A program made the position numbers and the translations under genes. The notes below the pieces were generated by a model. That model did not search any database and was not told where the DNA came from. It saw only the letters and a list, made by a program, of their open reading frames with translations. Shown here piece by piece: positions 32,180-42,008 of a DNA stretch of 64,000 nt. Origin of the DNA: a virus; the IMG/VR virus record IMGVR_UViG_3300037424_001643, positions 1-64,000 of that record; one strand, written 5' to 3'. Within the stretch, counting starts at the first letter, position 1; each line of letters begins with the position of its first letter.

Positions 32180-32779
32180 TTAAATGACGGGCTTGGTGAT
32201 GTTGGCCATGATTCGGCCCTGTCCGGGGGTCGGTCCCGAAGTCGGGGCTCCGGGGGCCAGATTGCGAACGCGCGCGTTGGTAGTCTGTTGGTTGACCGGG
32301 GGACCGCCCATAGGCTGCGCAGGAGCCGCGCCAGCCGCCGGAGCGGCCTCGGGGGAAGCTTCTCCGCCGCCTTCTCGCTTGATGCCCGCAAAAAGCTCCT
32401 GAAGCTCACTGAACGGAACGGCGACTTGGTCCAGTTTGCCTTCGTTGTCGGCAGCTTGAACCTCCTCGGGAGGCAATACGGCGGCGTTGTAAAACACCGT
32501 TACCGGCTTGCTCTTGCTGGCGTAAATGCGAAAACCAGCGTCCGCCAGCGGGTCTGCATATTTCAGGATGATTTCCGCCTCGGGCGGCGGGGCGTCGTTG
32601 TCCACGTAGGTAGCGGCGGGCTTGCCCTGAAGCAGTGCGGCCATGAACGGGAGTTGCAGGACTTCATCAGGGAGTCCGTCGCCGTCCGAATCCCCCTCGA
32701 CGGGGGCCGGGGCTTCAGCGGGGGCCGGTGCCGCCGAAGCGGAGTCCACCGGGACGATGTCAGTTGGAGATACAGCCAT
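32180..32779 (-). CDS. hypothetical virion-module protein, Ala/Pro-rich termini
   Basis: 199-aa ORF, the last gene of the late operon. Confidence 0.65.
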   Translation of the reverse strand: MAVSPTDIVPVDSASAAPAPAEAPAPVEGDSDGDGLPDEVLQLPFMAALLQGKPAATYVDNDAPPPEAEIILKYADPLADAGFRIYASKSKPVTVFYNAAVLPPEEVQAADNEGKLDQVAVPFSELQELFAGIKREGGGEASPEAAPAAGAAPAQPMGGPPVNQQTTNARVRNLAPGAPTSGPTPGQGRIMANITKPVI

Positions 32780-32790
32780 ATAGGAAAAGG

Positions 32791-32949
32791 TCAGTCAGAT
32801 TCCGGGGGCGTCAACGGGGCCGTTTCGGAGTCCGCCGGGTCATCGACCGGGGCGAGAAACCGCTGCGCGCCCTTGACGAGTTCCTCGATTGTGGTAGCGT
32901 CGAGACCGAAGTCTTCGACCGAGATTGGTTTGAAGTTCTTGTCGCTCAT
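32791..32949 (-). CDS. small acidic hypothetical protein (52 aa)
   Basis: MSDKNFKPISVEDFGLDATTIEELVKGAQRFLAPVDDPADSETAPLTPPESD. Its ATG forms an ATGA overlap with the stop of the 2422-aa gene. It is below the track cutoff. Confidence 0.45.
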   Translation of the reverse strand: MSDKNFKPISVEDFGLDATTIEELVKGAQRFLAPVDDPADSETAPLTPPESD

Positions 32950-35900
32950 TTCTTTTTGGGCTTAATATCGTCCACGGACAGGTCAAAAGCAAGCTCTTCT
33001 TGCGGAGTTTTCATGCGAATTTCGTCGCCCTTCCGCTCGCTGACAGCAAGCAGGCTGTTGAAGTCCGATTTCTCGGCTCCGGCACCACGGGTCCAGCCTC
33101 GTTTTTCCCAGAGGTCTTTTTCGGCGAACCAGATGATTGCCTGTAGGGCGTCCGGCTTGATGCCGATGGCGTCTGCGGCCTTGCGGAAGGCTTTCTGGCC
33201 AATGAAAAAGTCCGTGTCCGAGACTCCGGTCTCGTTCTCGGGCATAATCCGCCAGCGGTCCTTCTTGCCCTCGTTCGCCAGCCGGTGCAACGTCCGCATA
33301 GCCCAGACGTCGATGGTGGCCTCGAACGTGGAGCCCGACAGGTTGCCCGCGAAGTTCGGAGTCTTCGGACCTTGCACTTCTGCGGCCCACGAGCCGTCGA
33401 GCACGCGCAACACCGGGCGCGAGTTGGCACCGAATTTCTTGCCGTTGCTTTGGGTCGGCACGAGGTCGTGCTTCTCAACCCACCAGTCAAGGAATTGTCC
33501 GCGCGTCGGTTCGTCCTCGCCCTTCCAAGTCTTGAGAAAGTCCGCGATGTCGCCCGACTCCCACTTCGCTTTACCCTCGCGATACTTGGTCAGGATGTCG
33601 TCGAATTTACCGGCCTTGAACTGGTTGTAGGCGTCCACGGCGAAACGAAAATTGGTTTCGACCGGAGTCCGCGCGCTGGTCGCGCCGAGCAGTTCCGCGA
33701 AAAACTTCGAGTCGTCCCCGAGCAACTTTTTCAGCCGGGTGCGCGCCGTGGAATACCACTTCGAGCCCGCTTTGACGTCCGGGTTTTTCGCCATCTCGTC
33801 GTGATAGCTTTTTAACGTGCTGGCGAGTTCCTCGACGGCAGCTTCCTCGCGGGCCGGACCCTTCTTGCCTTTCGCCGCTTCTTTCGCGAGCGGGCTGGAC
33901 ATCAGGTCGTAGTCGATGGCGACTACGGCAGGCTTTCCGTCACCCTTCACGATGTAGTTGCCTTCCTCGTCGCGGCGATACTGTAGCGGCACCGATTCGG
34001 GGAACTTCTCGCGGATATTCTTGACCTTACGGTCGAGGCGCATCTGAATTGCGCGCTCTTCGGTCGGGAGATTGAGGCCGGGCAGAGTGTCGGAGCCGGG
34101 CAGAAATCGGGGACCGCGAGCCCGCAAACTGTTGACCGCCCCTTCAAGCGCCGTGAACTTCTCAGGCCCTTCGAGTTCATTCACCCGTTCGATAACCGAG
34201 TCCACCACTCCGCCCCTGTTGTTGAGTAGCGTGATGCTCACTGAGTCGATGCCGTCGAGGTTGTTTTCAAGCTGGCGAAGAATCGCCGATTTGGCCTTGG
34301 AAAAAGTCCCCGAAGAGAGTTCGACATTGTATCGTCCGTTGTCCAGCGCGCGAATCCGCACGAACCCCTTGTTGATAGCGTCAAGGCGTTCTTCCACGTT
34401 CGGTTTCCCACTGAACTTGGTGCCGTATTGTTCATTGAACGAGTCTGCATTCTCGGCCAAGAACTCCTCGTGAAATGCGGTATCCAGCCCCACGAACTCG
34501 CCGTCTGGGAGAATGAACCCCGTCATCTTCTTAATGCTTGTCACGCCCTTCGGCATCGTATATTTGCCCTTGGCGACGCGCTTCGCCAGCGCCGCGTCGT
34601 CCTTGGCGGTTTTCTTGGCCTTCGCCACCGTGAGTTCCTTGTAAAACTTCTCGTAATCGACCAGCCCGTCAGTGTTGAGGGGACGATTCTGGGAGTCGCG
34701 CTTGGTTTTGTCTTTTGGCAGAAACGACCGGCCCCGCGAGAATTCGTCGGTTTCTAAAACTCCGGCCTCCTGAAGGGAGCCTCGCTTGGCCTCGTTCTTG
34801 AGTTGCCCGATTTTTTCTGCGTGGTCGAGCGCCTGCGTCCGATTCAAAAACTTCCCACTCTTCGTGGTAAACCCGTCTTCAATATACCCGTCCGGAATTT
34901 CGCCTTCGAGCATCTCCGAAAGAGTCTTCACTCCCTTCGGCGGCTTCTCGTCCGACAGACCCTGCGAAATCGCGTCCACGAACTTCATCAGCGCATCGCC
35001 GTGCCAAGCCCCGGTGTAGATTTTGCCCGACGGGGTGCGAATTGCCGCGAGGTCGATAGCATCAACCCCGGCGGGAACTTCTCCGGCAGGCAGAAATTTC
35101 TGCTCGGGACGAATCGTATTGAATACGTCATAGAACGTCGGGTTCAGTTTGTCGAGTGCAAACTTGGCGAGCGCTTCCTCCGGCGACATCTCGCCCTCAG
35201 ACCCGCGAATTTTGGTGTTCTCGGCACCGAAAATCTTTCGTCGGATGGCGATGGGCTCGGGGGCCACGACCATTCCGCCAACCTTCTTCACTCCGTCTGC
35301 CTTGAGTTGCGTCAGAAGTTCGCGATACCCCGCTTCCCCGACGCCCTTCCCCCGGCTGGGCCGTTCGACCGTGGCCGATACAATGTCCGCCTCGGTGACC
35401 CTGCCGCGATTCGACGCCGACATGATTTCACCGACGACGACCCCGCCCTTGCGAATCACTACGTCGCGTCGTCCGGGAATCCCCGTAATGTCGAAGTCAT
35501 ATCCCTCTTTCGCCAGTGCTTTACCTGCGTCGGTTTTGGGCAGCGCCTTGCCTTCGACTTCGGGAAACGGTGGCTGATAACCTTCAGGCATTCGGCCAGA
35601 TTCCCACGCCTTCTTTACGGATGCGGTGCCGGTCGCGGCTTCATACGCCTCGCGGAAAAACTGCCCCTTCATCACCATCGGCATCGCTTCACCAAAATTC
35701 CCGTCCTGAATCAGTGCTCGGGACCGTTCCGAAGCGCGCTCGGACAATTCCTTTAGAACTGCGACGTCTTTCACGTCCGTCAGTTTCCAACCCAAATTCC
35801 AAGCTCCGTTCGTGAGTCCGCCGAGTGCATCCATCGCGGGCTTGAACTCGCTCGGCGACGCGTTAATCAACGTCTCACCAAATTCCTTGATGGACTTGCC

Positions 35901-38900
35901 GTCAGGGAGAAATTTCGGCTCGACGGACGCCGCCTGCCGGGCCTCTGCAATCAGATTCTCCGGGATGACGAGATTTTTCTGTTCGGCGAACGGACGTTCC
36001 GTCACCGGCACGTAACCCGGCTGTCCTTTTTGCGGAATGTTACCTTCTGCATCACGCAAATGCTTGCCAAAATTCACCCACGAGTTCTGCGCCAGAGTTT
36101 CTGCCGCGAGCGCGCCTTGCGCCGCCGGAGTGAACATCTCACTATGCGCGCGCCACGCGTTGAACTCACCGCGAGGGCCGAACTGATACCCTTCTTTTCC
36201 GTGGCCGAAAAAGTCGTGGACGGCACGGAAAACGTCGTTCACGACAAGCCCGTTACCGGCGTCAGCCAGCATCGGATTGCCTGCGACTTCATTGCCCGAG
36301 CCAAAGGCTTTATCCGTTTTGAGGAAAAACAGATGCTTGTTGTCCCGAATGTCCGAGACGGCTTCTGCGCTTGACTTATAGGGCTCGCCCTCGCCCGAGA
36401 ACGGTTCAATCGTGTAGCCTGCGTCCGTGATGGCCTTATACTGCGCGAGCGTTTCATCCGCAAGAGCCTGATAAGACGCCCGAACAGTAGCGTCGTCCGG
36501 GGTCGAAGTGGCGGACTCATAAAAGTCAGCGAGCTTCTTGGCGACGTCTGGATTGACCGCAGAGTAATTTCGGGACGGACGGTAGTCCACTCCGGCGCTC
36601 TTGGCGTAGTTCGTGGCGAGGTCTCGAATCTCGGCGGAAGGCGTCGGTTGATTCGGAGCCGGGTCAGGGAGCAACCCGGAGCGCAAGGCGTCCATCGTCT
36701 CCTTGCCGGGCAGGAAGCCTGCGCGGATTACATCGGTGACGGGAGCATCAAATTGAATGTCGGGGCGAGCCTGCGACGTCAAGATGTCTTCCGAGTTGAT
36801 TCGCTCGGTGACTTCAATGAGTTCACGCACCGGGACGCCAGCGGCGGCGAGTTCGTTGCGGAGCGGATTGGTCTCCTTGATGGAGCGACCCGTCCCCTTG
36901 AACTCTTGCTTCGCGATGTCTTCTGGACGAATGACGGTCGGACTTTCTGGCGTGCGCCCTTGCAACTCTGCGAGCAACTGCCCCTTGATGTTGCCCGGAG
37001 TGCCCTTGCTGACGCGAGCCGTGAGCGGCGGATTGAGACCCTGAACGAGGTTCAAGAAATTCATCCGCTCTGTAGTGAGCTTGACCGGATTGTATGACGG
37101 GTTCTCGGCGGGAATCGAGACTCCAATGTCCTGCGTCGGACGAGTCAACTTGTTGCCGTCGCCGCGATAGCCGTTGGCTTGGTTCGCCGTGTAGGCTTGC
37201 AAGTCCTCGACCACTTGTCCCCAGCCGTTGTCTGTCAACTTGCCGTCCACCACTTCATAGGGGAGCCGGTCGGCGACTTTCTTGGCGAAAGAGTCCTTGA
37301 CGACGCGATGCACGTTGGCAATCACCTTATCGAGCGACATGGCGAGCAACTGAGGCTTGCCTTTCACGTTCTCCCACCGCACTGGAACAAAAGTCTTCTG
37401 GTAGGCGGTGCGAATATCGGCAGGAGCATTGGCCGCACCCTCCGCGATATATGCCGCTTCCTGTTCCGCGCGCCGCGCTGTCCGGCCTGATGCCGTCGCG
37501 TCCGTCGTCACCCCGCGATGCTCGATTTCCACAACACCCGAACCAGATTCGAGAGCCTGAGAAATCGTGTCGATGTGCTGTTTGACCTCGGAGGTCACCG
37601 ACGCTGTTTTCGCAGCTTCAACACCCGTCTCTGATGCGCGCTTTGCGGCAAAATCATTCTGCTGTTGTCGGGTAACCCGGACATTACGCGCCGTAGTGTC
37701 CGGTTTAACAGACACTACCGGGGGTTTTGGAGTCGGGGCGCGGGTCGGGGACACCGGAGCCGTAATCGGTTCCGGAGTTGCCGGGGGCGGAGTCACGTTG
37801 GGACGTGCTCCCGGTTGAAGGGGGGCGATGGCGGCTTCGACTGCGGCATCAGACCGGCGAGCTTGCGGGCCAACTCCAACCGGTTGTCGAGGAGTAACCG
37901 GAAGACCGGTGTTGCTCGTAAAGTCATCGGGCGTCGCACCCGACAAAAGCTTGGACCGGGTCTCGGATACAAGACTGCCTTGGGTTTGCAACCGCTCTGC
38001 GATATTGGAAAGCCATCGCTGGCCGACCTTCGTCGCTTCAGCACCCGGACGAATGCCAAGTGTCGAAACCCCCGGCCCTTTCGGCTTCGCCACTCCGCCG
38101 AGCGGAGCGCCGACCTTTTCCAAGATAGAACTGAGAAACGTCGCGGCCTGCTGAGTGATGTTCGGTGCAACGTTTGAGACGTCCTGCCCGAGATACAGGC
38201 GTGAAAAAACTTCGGCTCCGGCCTCTTCCGCGATGGCCTTTTCGTCGAGGATATGCTTCCACTGCTCCTTGGGCTTCCCGCCGTTTCGGAGCGTGTTGTA
38301 AAGTTCGGTGAAATAGGCTTTCTGCTCAGGAGTCCACGAAGCCATGACCGCGTCAGAGAGTTGCTTGGCAGACTTCGGGTCCACTTCGGTCAACGCATGG
38401 TAAAGTTCATGCGGGAGGGCCTCCGTCGTTCCGTTAAGGAAAATCTGAACAAGTGGAGAGGCGTTACCCTTCGGGTCCAGACGTTCGCCGACATTGATTG
38501 AAAAGCCGTAGGCATCCCCCGTGCCCGCCTTCTGCGTGAAAGCGGCGTCGTCGAGGGCATATACTTCGATTCCGGAGTCGCGGAAAGCTTCGCGGGTCCA
38601 GTTCAAAAGCTTCTGGCTGCGAGCGTCGAGCTTCGCTGCGGTGGCTTCGTGGGTGGTGTCGAGATTGGGGTCCGTGCCGTAAGTGTCGGACGACGGGGCG
38701 TCAGCGAGTTCGGTTTCGCGGAAGATTGTTTCGGCAAGTTTGTTCTGGGCTGCACGGCCCGCGGCCTTTACGGCTTTCGGGGCCTGAGTCACTGCGGCGC
38801 GAGCCAGACCGCCGACGCCTGCGGCACCGAGAATCATTTCCTCTTCATCTGGTCGCGCGCCAAGTGCAAATGGAATGGCGAGCACGGCACCTTCAGCGGT

Positions 38901-40214
38901 GCCCTTCGCAATGTCGGAGGCAATTTCTCCTGCGACCGTAAGAGCCGTTGGGACAGCACGAGTGCCGGAAAGAATTTCGCCTGCGCCTTTGATGGCGGTG
39001 CCAGCTACTTCAATCCCCTTCGGAATCCCCTTTGCGAGCGCCGCGCGACCAATCGCAGAAATCACATCCCCACTCCCAAGAAGGCTCCCGAGTCCCACCC
39101 CTGTTCCGACCCCTTGGGTAAGTTTGCCTGCGACTTCGCCCACCTTCTCAATACCGCGTCCGACTACCTGAGTCGGCGCACCGACAATCTTTGAAGTCAG
39201 TTTGCCCGCTCGCGAGGCTGCGACTCGCGCGTTATTCAAGGTTTCGGCCAGTTTGGTAGCTTGCGCTGCGTCGAGAGTGCTCGCAATTGTGCGATTCACA
39301 ATCTTGCCGCCCACCTTTGAGACCGCGCCGACTGCCGCGCCAAAGGGAATGAAATTGATGGGGTCGGTCACAACAGACAGTTCCGACACGGCTTGTGGGT
39401 CAATCGTAATGCCCTCTTGGGCCAGTGTCGCCGCGTCATTTCCGAGAGCTTGCATGACTTGGCCGGAACCTTGGGTGACTGCTTCGGTCTGTTCTAGGCC
39501 CGCGACGTCATCCCGAAGACGATTCTTCCACTCTTCATCCGACTTCTCCGCTTTCGATTCGATTCCTGTAATCTCGGTGACGAGCGGAAGTTTGCCTGCC
39601 CCCTCGACGACGGCCCGACCTGAACGACGAATCAAATCCCCCGTTCCGGCTCCTGCTGTCTCAACAGAGGCGTCAACTTCCGCCATTTTGCCGCGGGCTT
39701 TGCGGAATTCCTCTTCCGCCCCTTTTGACCCTTCGACGGACGCGGCTCCTGCGGCGCGTGCCGCCACGGCAACCGGAGTCAAATCGAGAAATTGTCCGAC
39801 CGCCTTCTCAACGCCCGTGGCGAGTGCAGAGATTGCGCCGGGGGTGCCTTTGACCAAAGATTTGAGCTTCTGCCCAAGGGTGGTGCCCTTTGTTTCCTTG
39901 GACCGATAGATACGAGAAAGTTTGTCGAAGGCAGTCGAGTCGTCCAGCAGGGCTTCACGGTTGCGAGAACCGAACGCGACCGGGTTGAAATCCGTTGACT
40001 TGGAAAGCGCCTCCTCGTCGGAGGTCTTAAAGTCTTCGAGAGAGAATTCGGCGCTATACCCCTGAGCCGCATTGAAGGGGGGTGCCTCACCCGATGCGGG
40101 AGCCTCGGTAAAAGGCTGGCTGGGGTCGAATTCAGGGGGAGAAGACGCCGAGACTCCGGGGACTTCCGTAAACGGTTGACCGGGGTCGAAAGGAGGGGCG
40201 ATAGGCTGTGCCAT
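32946..40214 (-). CDS. giant multidomain (polyvalent-type) virion or ejected protein, 2422 aa
   Basis: One uninterrupted ORF with these features:
- A tandem PFDPxQPFTExP repeat at the N-terminus.
- A Gly/Ala-rich hydrophobic stretch.
- An HExxH motif at aa 602-606 (PHELYHAL, DNA 38397..38411).
- A VHDFFGHGKEGYQFGPRGEFNAW block at about aa 1327.
- A GNAT-like RGKGVGEAGYRELL at about aa 1621.

Its position corresponds to the internal-core genes of podoviruses. Confidence 0.7.
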   Translation of the reverse strand: MAQPIAPPFDPGQPFTEVPGVSASSPPEFDPSQPFTEAPASGEAPPFNAAQGYSAEFSLEDFKTSDEEALSKSTDFNPVAFGSRNREALLDDSTAFDKLSRIYRSKETKGTTLGQKLKSLVKGTPGAISALATGVEKAVGQFLDLTPVAVAARAAGAASVEGSKGAEEEFRKARGKMAEVDASVETAGAGTGDLIRRSGRAVVEGAGKLPLVTEITGIESKAEKSDEEWKNRLRDDVAGLEQTEAVTQGSGQVMQALGNDAATLAQEGITIDPQAVSELSVVTDPINFIPFGAAVGAVSKVGGKIVNRTIASTLDAAQATKLAETLNNARVAASRAGKLTSKIVGAPTQVVGRGIEKVGEVAGKLTQGVGTGVGLGSLLGSGDVISAIGRAALAKGIPKGIEVAGTAIKGAGEILSGTRAVPTALTVAGEIASDIAKGTAEGAVLAIPFALGARPDEEEMILGAAGVGGLARAAVTQAPKAVKAAGRAAQNKLAETIFRETELADAPSSDTYGTDPNLDTTHEATAAKLDARSQKLLNWTREAFRDSGIEVYALDDAAFTQKAGTGDAYGFSINVGERLDPKGNASPLVQIFLNGTTEALPHELYHALTEVDPKSAKQLSDAVMASWTPEQKAYFTELYNTLRNGGKPKEQWKHILDEKAIAEEAGAEVFSRLYLGQDVSNVAPNITQQAATFLSSILEKVGAPLGGVAKPKGPGVSTLGIRPGAEATKVGQRWLSNIAERLQTQGSLVSETRSKLLSGATPDDFTSNTGLPVTPRQPVGVGPQARRSDAAVEAAIAPLQPGARPNVTPPPATPEPITAPVSPTRAPTPKPPVVSVKPDTTARNVRVTRQQQNDFAAKRASETGVEAAKTASVTSEVKQHIDTISQALESGSGVVEIEHRGVTTDATASGRTARRAEQEAAYIAEGAANAPADIRTAYQKTFVPVRWENVKGKPQLLAMSLDKVIANVHRVVKDSFAKKVADRLPYEVVDGKLTDNGWGQVVEDLQAYTANQANGYRGDGNKLTRPTQDIGVSIPAENPSYNPVKLTTERMNFLNLVQGLNPPLTARVSKGTPGNIKGQLLAELQGRTPESPTVIRPEDIAKQEFKGTGRSIKETNPLRNELAAAGVPVRELIEVTERINSEDILTSQARPDIQFDAPVTDVIRAGFLPGKETMDALRSGLLPDPAPNQPTPSAEIRDLATNYAKSAGVDYRPSRNYSAVNPDVAKKLADFYESATSTPDDATVRASYQALADETLAQYKAITDAGYTIEPFSGEGEPYKSSAEAVSDIRDNKHLFFLKTDKAFGSGNEVAGNPMLADAGNGLVVNDVFRAVHDFFGHGKEGYQFGPRGEFNAWRAHSEMFTPAAQGALAAETLAQNSWVNFGKHLRDAEGNIPQKGQPGYVPVTERPFAEQKNLVIPENLIAEARQAASVEPKFLPDGKSIKEFGETLINASPSEFKPAMDALGGLTNGAWNLGWKLTDVKDVAVLKELSERASERSRALIQDGNFGEAMPMVMKGQFFREAYEAATGTASVKKAWESGRMPEGYQPPFPEVEGKALPKTDAGKALAKEGYDFDITGIPGRRDVVIRKGGVVVGEIMSASNRGRVTEADIVSATVERPSRGKGVGEAGYRELLTQLKADGVKKVGGMVVAPEPIAIRRKIFGAENTKIRGSEGEMSPEEALAKFALDKLNPTFYDVFNTIRPEQKFLPAGEVPAGVDAIDLAAIRTPSGKIYTGAWHGDALMKFVDAISQGLSDEKPPKGVKTLSEMLEGEIPDGYIEDGFTTKSGKFLNRTQALDHAEKIGQLKNEAKRGSLQEAGVLETDEFSRGRSFLPKDKTKRDSQNRPLNTDGLVDYEKFYKELTVAKAKKTAKDDAALAKRVAKGKYTMPKGVTSIKKMTGFILPDGEFVGLDTAFHEEFLAENADSFNEQYGTKFSGKPNVEERLDAINKGFVRIRALDNGRYNVELSSGTFSKAKSAILRQLENNLDGIDSVSITLLNNRGGVVDSVIERVNELEGPEKFTALEGAVNSLRARGPRFLPGSDTLPGLNLPTEERAIQMRLDRKVKNIREKFPESVPLQYRRDEEGNYIVKGDGKPAVVAIDYDLMSSPLAKEAAKGKKGPAREEAAVEELASTLKSYHDEMAKNPDVKAGSKWYSTARTRLKKLLGDDSKFFAELLGATSARTPVETNFRFAVDAYNQFKAGKFDDILTKYREGKAKWESGDIADFLKTWKGEDEPTRGQFLDWWVEKHDLVPTQSNGKKFGANSRPVLRVLDGSWAAEVQGPKTPNFAGNLSGSTFEATIDVWAMRTLHRLANEGKKDRWRIMPENETGVSDTDFFIGQKAFRKAADAIGIKPDALQAIIWFAEKDLWEKRGWTRGAGAEKSDFNSLLAVSERKGDEIRMKTPQEELAFDLSVDDIKPKKK

Positions 40215-40255
40215 TCTCTAAACAGGTGCTCAATTTACCGCGCCCGTCAAAGAGT

Positions 40256-41596
40256 TTAGGACGGACCAATCGAAGTCCACCGCCCGTCCGAACCCAGTTG
40301 ATAGCGAAAACCGTTTTGAATTCGGATTGACGCCTTTCCGGGGGCGGCGGTGGGTGGCCGGGCAGGAGCCGCTTTGCTCGAACGCAGGAGCGGAAGCTCC
40401 TTGGCGTTGAAAATCTTCTCCAAGGGGACGCCGCGCTCGTTGGCGAGGGCTTCAAAGCGTTCGAGCTCCGGTGCGACTTCGGTCTTCACGCCTTCCGCGA
40501 TGGTGTGAGCCGCTTCAAGGTAGTTCTGGCGGGTAGTTGCGTCGAGCAGACCGTTGCTGTCAGAATGAAGCCGGTTATAGGTCATCACCAGATTGGAGAG
40601 CAAAGGGGTAGCCTTCCGGGCCAGCGCAATTTCGCCTTCGCGGACGACCGAGCCGGGGTCCAGCAATTTGACGTAGGCGTAAATCAAACCAAGGTCATCG
40701 ACGTTCGTCGGATTCGGTTTGGTGCCGAGTGATTGAACAAGGTTCACCGCGCCCATCTGTTCGCGAAACTTTTTCAAGGTCGCGTTCTGCTGGACTTTGG
40801 ATTCCAAATCGTCCACGGCCTTTTGCTGGCGTTGCGGGGCCTCCGCTTCCGCCTTGGCTTGGTTTTCAAGGATGCCGGGAATCGCTTTGACCCTCGCCGC
40901 GAGAACCGCGCGCTCCTGAAGCTTGGCCGTCAAATCACTGCGGAGCTTGTCGTAATACTCCGGGGTGCCGCGCGCAATCGTAGCCGGACGCATCTTTGCC
41001 TCCGTCGAATACATGCGGTATTGCTCTTGAATAGCCGCATTGCTCAACGACGCTTCGCGGAGTTGAGTTTCAAACTGTGCGCGCTGTTGGTCGGACCCTT
41101 GGAAAGTGTTTACGCGCTCCAAAATCCGCGGCTCGACCGTCGCGGCATACCATTCCTCAAACGGCGCGGGAGTGATGCCTGCGGAATCTTGAAATTGCTC
41201 GGGCAAATCCCCGATTGACTCGGAATAAGCTTTCTCCAAGTCGCGCGCATTTTTCTTCGCGAGATTTTCCGCGCGGACAGCCGGGTCGGGATGCAACGAA
41301 GCGACGATGTATTGGGCTTCGTCCTCGTCCTTGGCAATTTGAGCCTTATCTTTGAGGTCTGCGTTAGCCAGCTTGACTTTGACGCCCCGCTTGTTCAATT
41401 CATTCAGCGCGTCCTGAACGTCAATCGCCCCCGTCAACTGCTTGACCGCAAGCGCGCGTTGAAGCGGACGAATCCCCTGATTTGCCTCCGGCGGCAAAGC
41501 CGGTTGCGCGGTCGCGAGGGGCTGTCCGTCGGCACCGACTTTCACGCCCCGGCGCTGAAGTTCTGCAACTGCGGATTGAAGGTCGATGTCGGCCAT
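40256..41596 (-). CDS. hypothetical internal virion protein (helical)
   Basis: 446-aa ORF with a duplicated xELxxRGVKV motif at the N-terminus. It lies upstream of the giant gene. Confidence 0.6.
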   Translation of the reverse strand: MADIDLQSAVAELQRRGVKVGADGQPLATAQPALPPEANQGIRPLQRALAVKQLTGAIDVQDALNELNKRGVKVKLANADLKDKAQIAKDEDEAQYIVASLHPDPAVRAENLAKKNARDLEKAYSESIGDLPEQFQDSAGITPAPFEEWYAATVEPRILERVNTFQGSDQQRAQFETQLREASLSNAAIQEQYRMYSTEAKMRPATIARGTPEYYDKLRSDLTAKLQERAVLAARVKAIPGILENQAKAEAEAPQRQQKAVDDLESKVQQNATLKKFREQMGAVNLVQSLGTKPNPTNVDDLGLIYAYVKLLDPGSVVREGEIALARKATPLLSNLVMTYNRLHSDSNGLLDATTRQNYLEAAHTIAEGVKTEVAPELERFEALANERGVPLEKIFNAKELPLLRSSKAAPARPPTAAPGKASIRIQNGFRYQLGSDGRWTSIGPS

Positions 41597-41600
41597 AGCC

Positions 41601-42005
41601 TTATTGAAAAATGGAAAAGCCTGCCTCTTTCACCGCGGCGAGCAGCGCTTCAGTCGAAGCGCTGGAAATGTCAGCGTGCGGGGTCGGAGCAGCGGGAGCC
41701 GCCGGGGCGGTCGCACCTGCCGGTTTCTTGCCAAACAGCCGGGAAAAAACGGAAGCTTGTCCAGTCTCGCCTTGCGCGTCGAGCCGGTCTTGATTAGAAC
41801 TCGCTTCGGCGGCTTCGTTCTTCGCCTTCGCGGCTTGCGCGTCGGACGTGCCGACCTCGCCCGCTTTCTGGATGTTCTGGCTTCCCAGATACCCAGTATC
41901 GTAGGCGGTCATCAGCTTTTCAATCAAAGGCTGGATGTCCGACGGAGTGACGGTGACGGGCGTTGTGTTAAAACGCATCGGGACTAAGGGCAAATCAACA
42001 GGCAT
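41601..42005 (-). CDS. hypothetical virion-module protein
   Basis: 134-aa ORF. Confidence 0.6.
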   Translation of the reverse strand: MPVDLPLVPMRFNTTPVTVTPSDIQPLIEKLMTAYDTGYLGSQNIQKAGEVGTSDAQAAKAKNEAAEASSNQDRLDAQGETGQASVFSRLFGKKPAGATAPAAPAAPTPHADISSASTEALLAAVKEAGFSIFQ

Positions 42006-42008
42006 AAA

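Noticed and set aside
32728-39909. Multiple plus-strand ORFs (32728..33630, 34803..35756, 38649..39194, 39202..39909 and others) inside the giant gene
   Set aside because: These are shadow ORFs of the uninterrupted 2422-aa minus-strand frame. They have Ser/Arg/Pro-rich junk composition.
32946-40214. Giant ORF as an N4-like virion RNA polymerase or as a tape measure protein
   Set aside because: I could not find T7-like RNAP motifs (motif B RxxxK...YG, motif C HD). The gene is at the end of the operon, with no tail-tube or chaperone genes upstream as expected for a tape measure.
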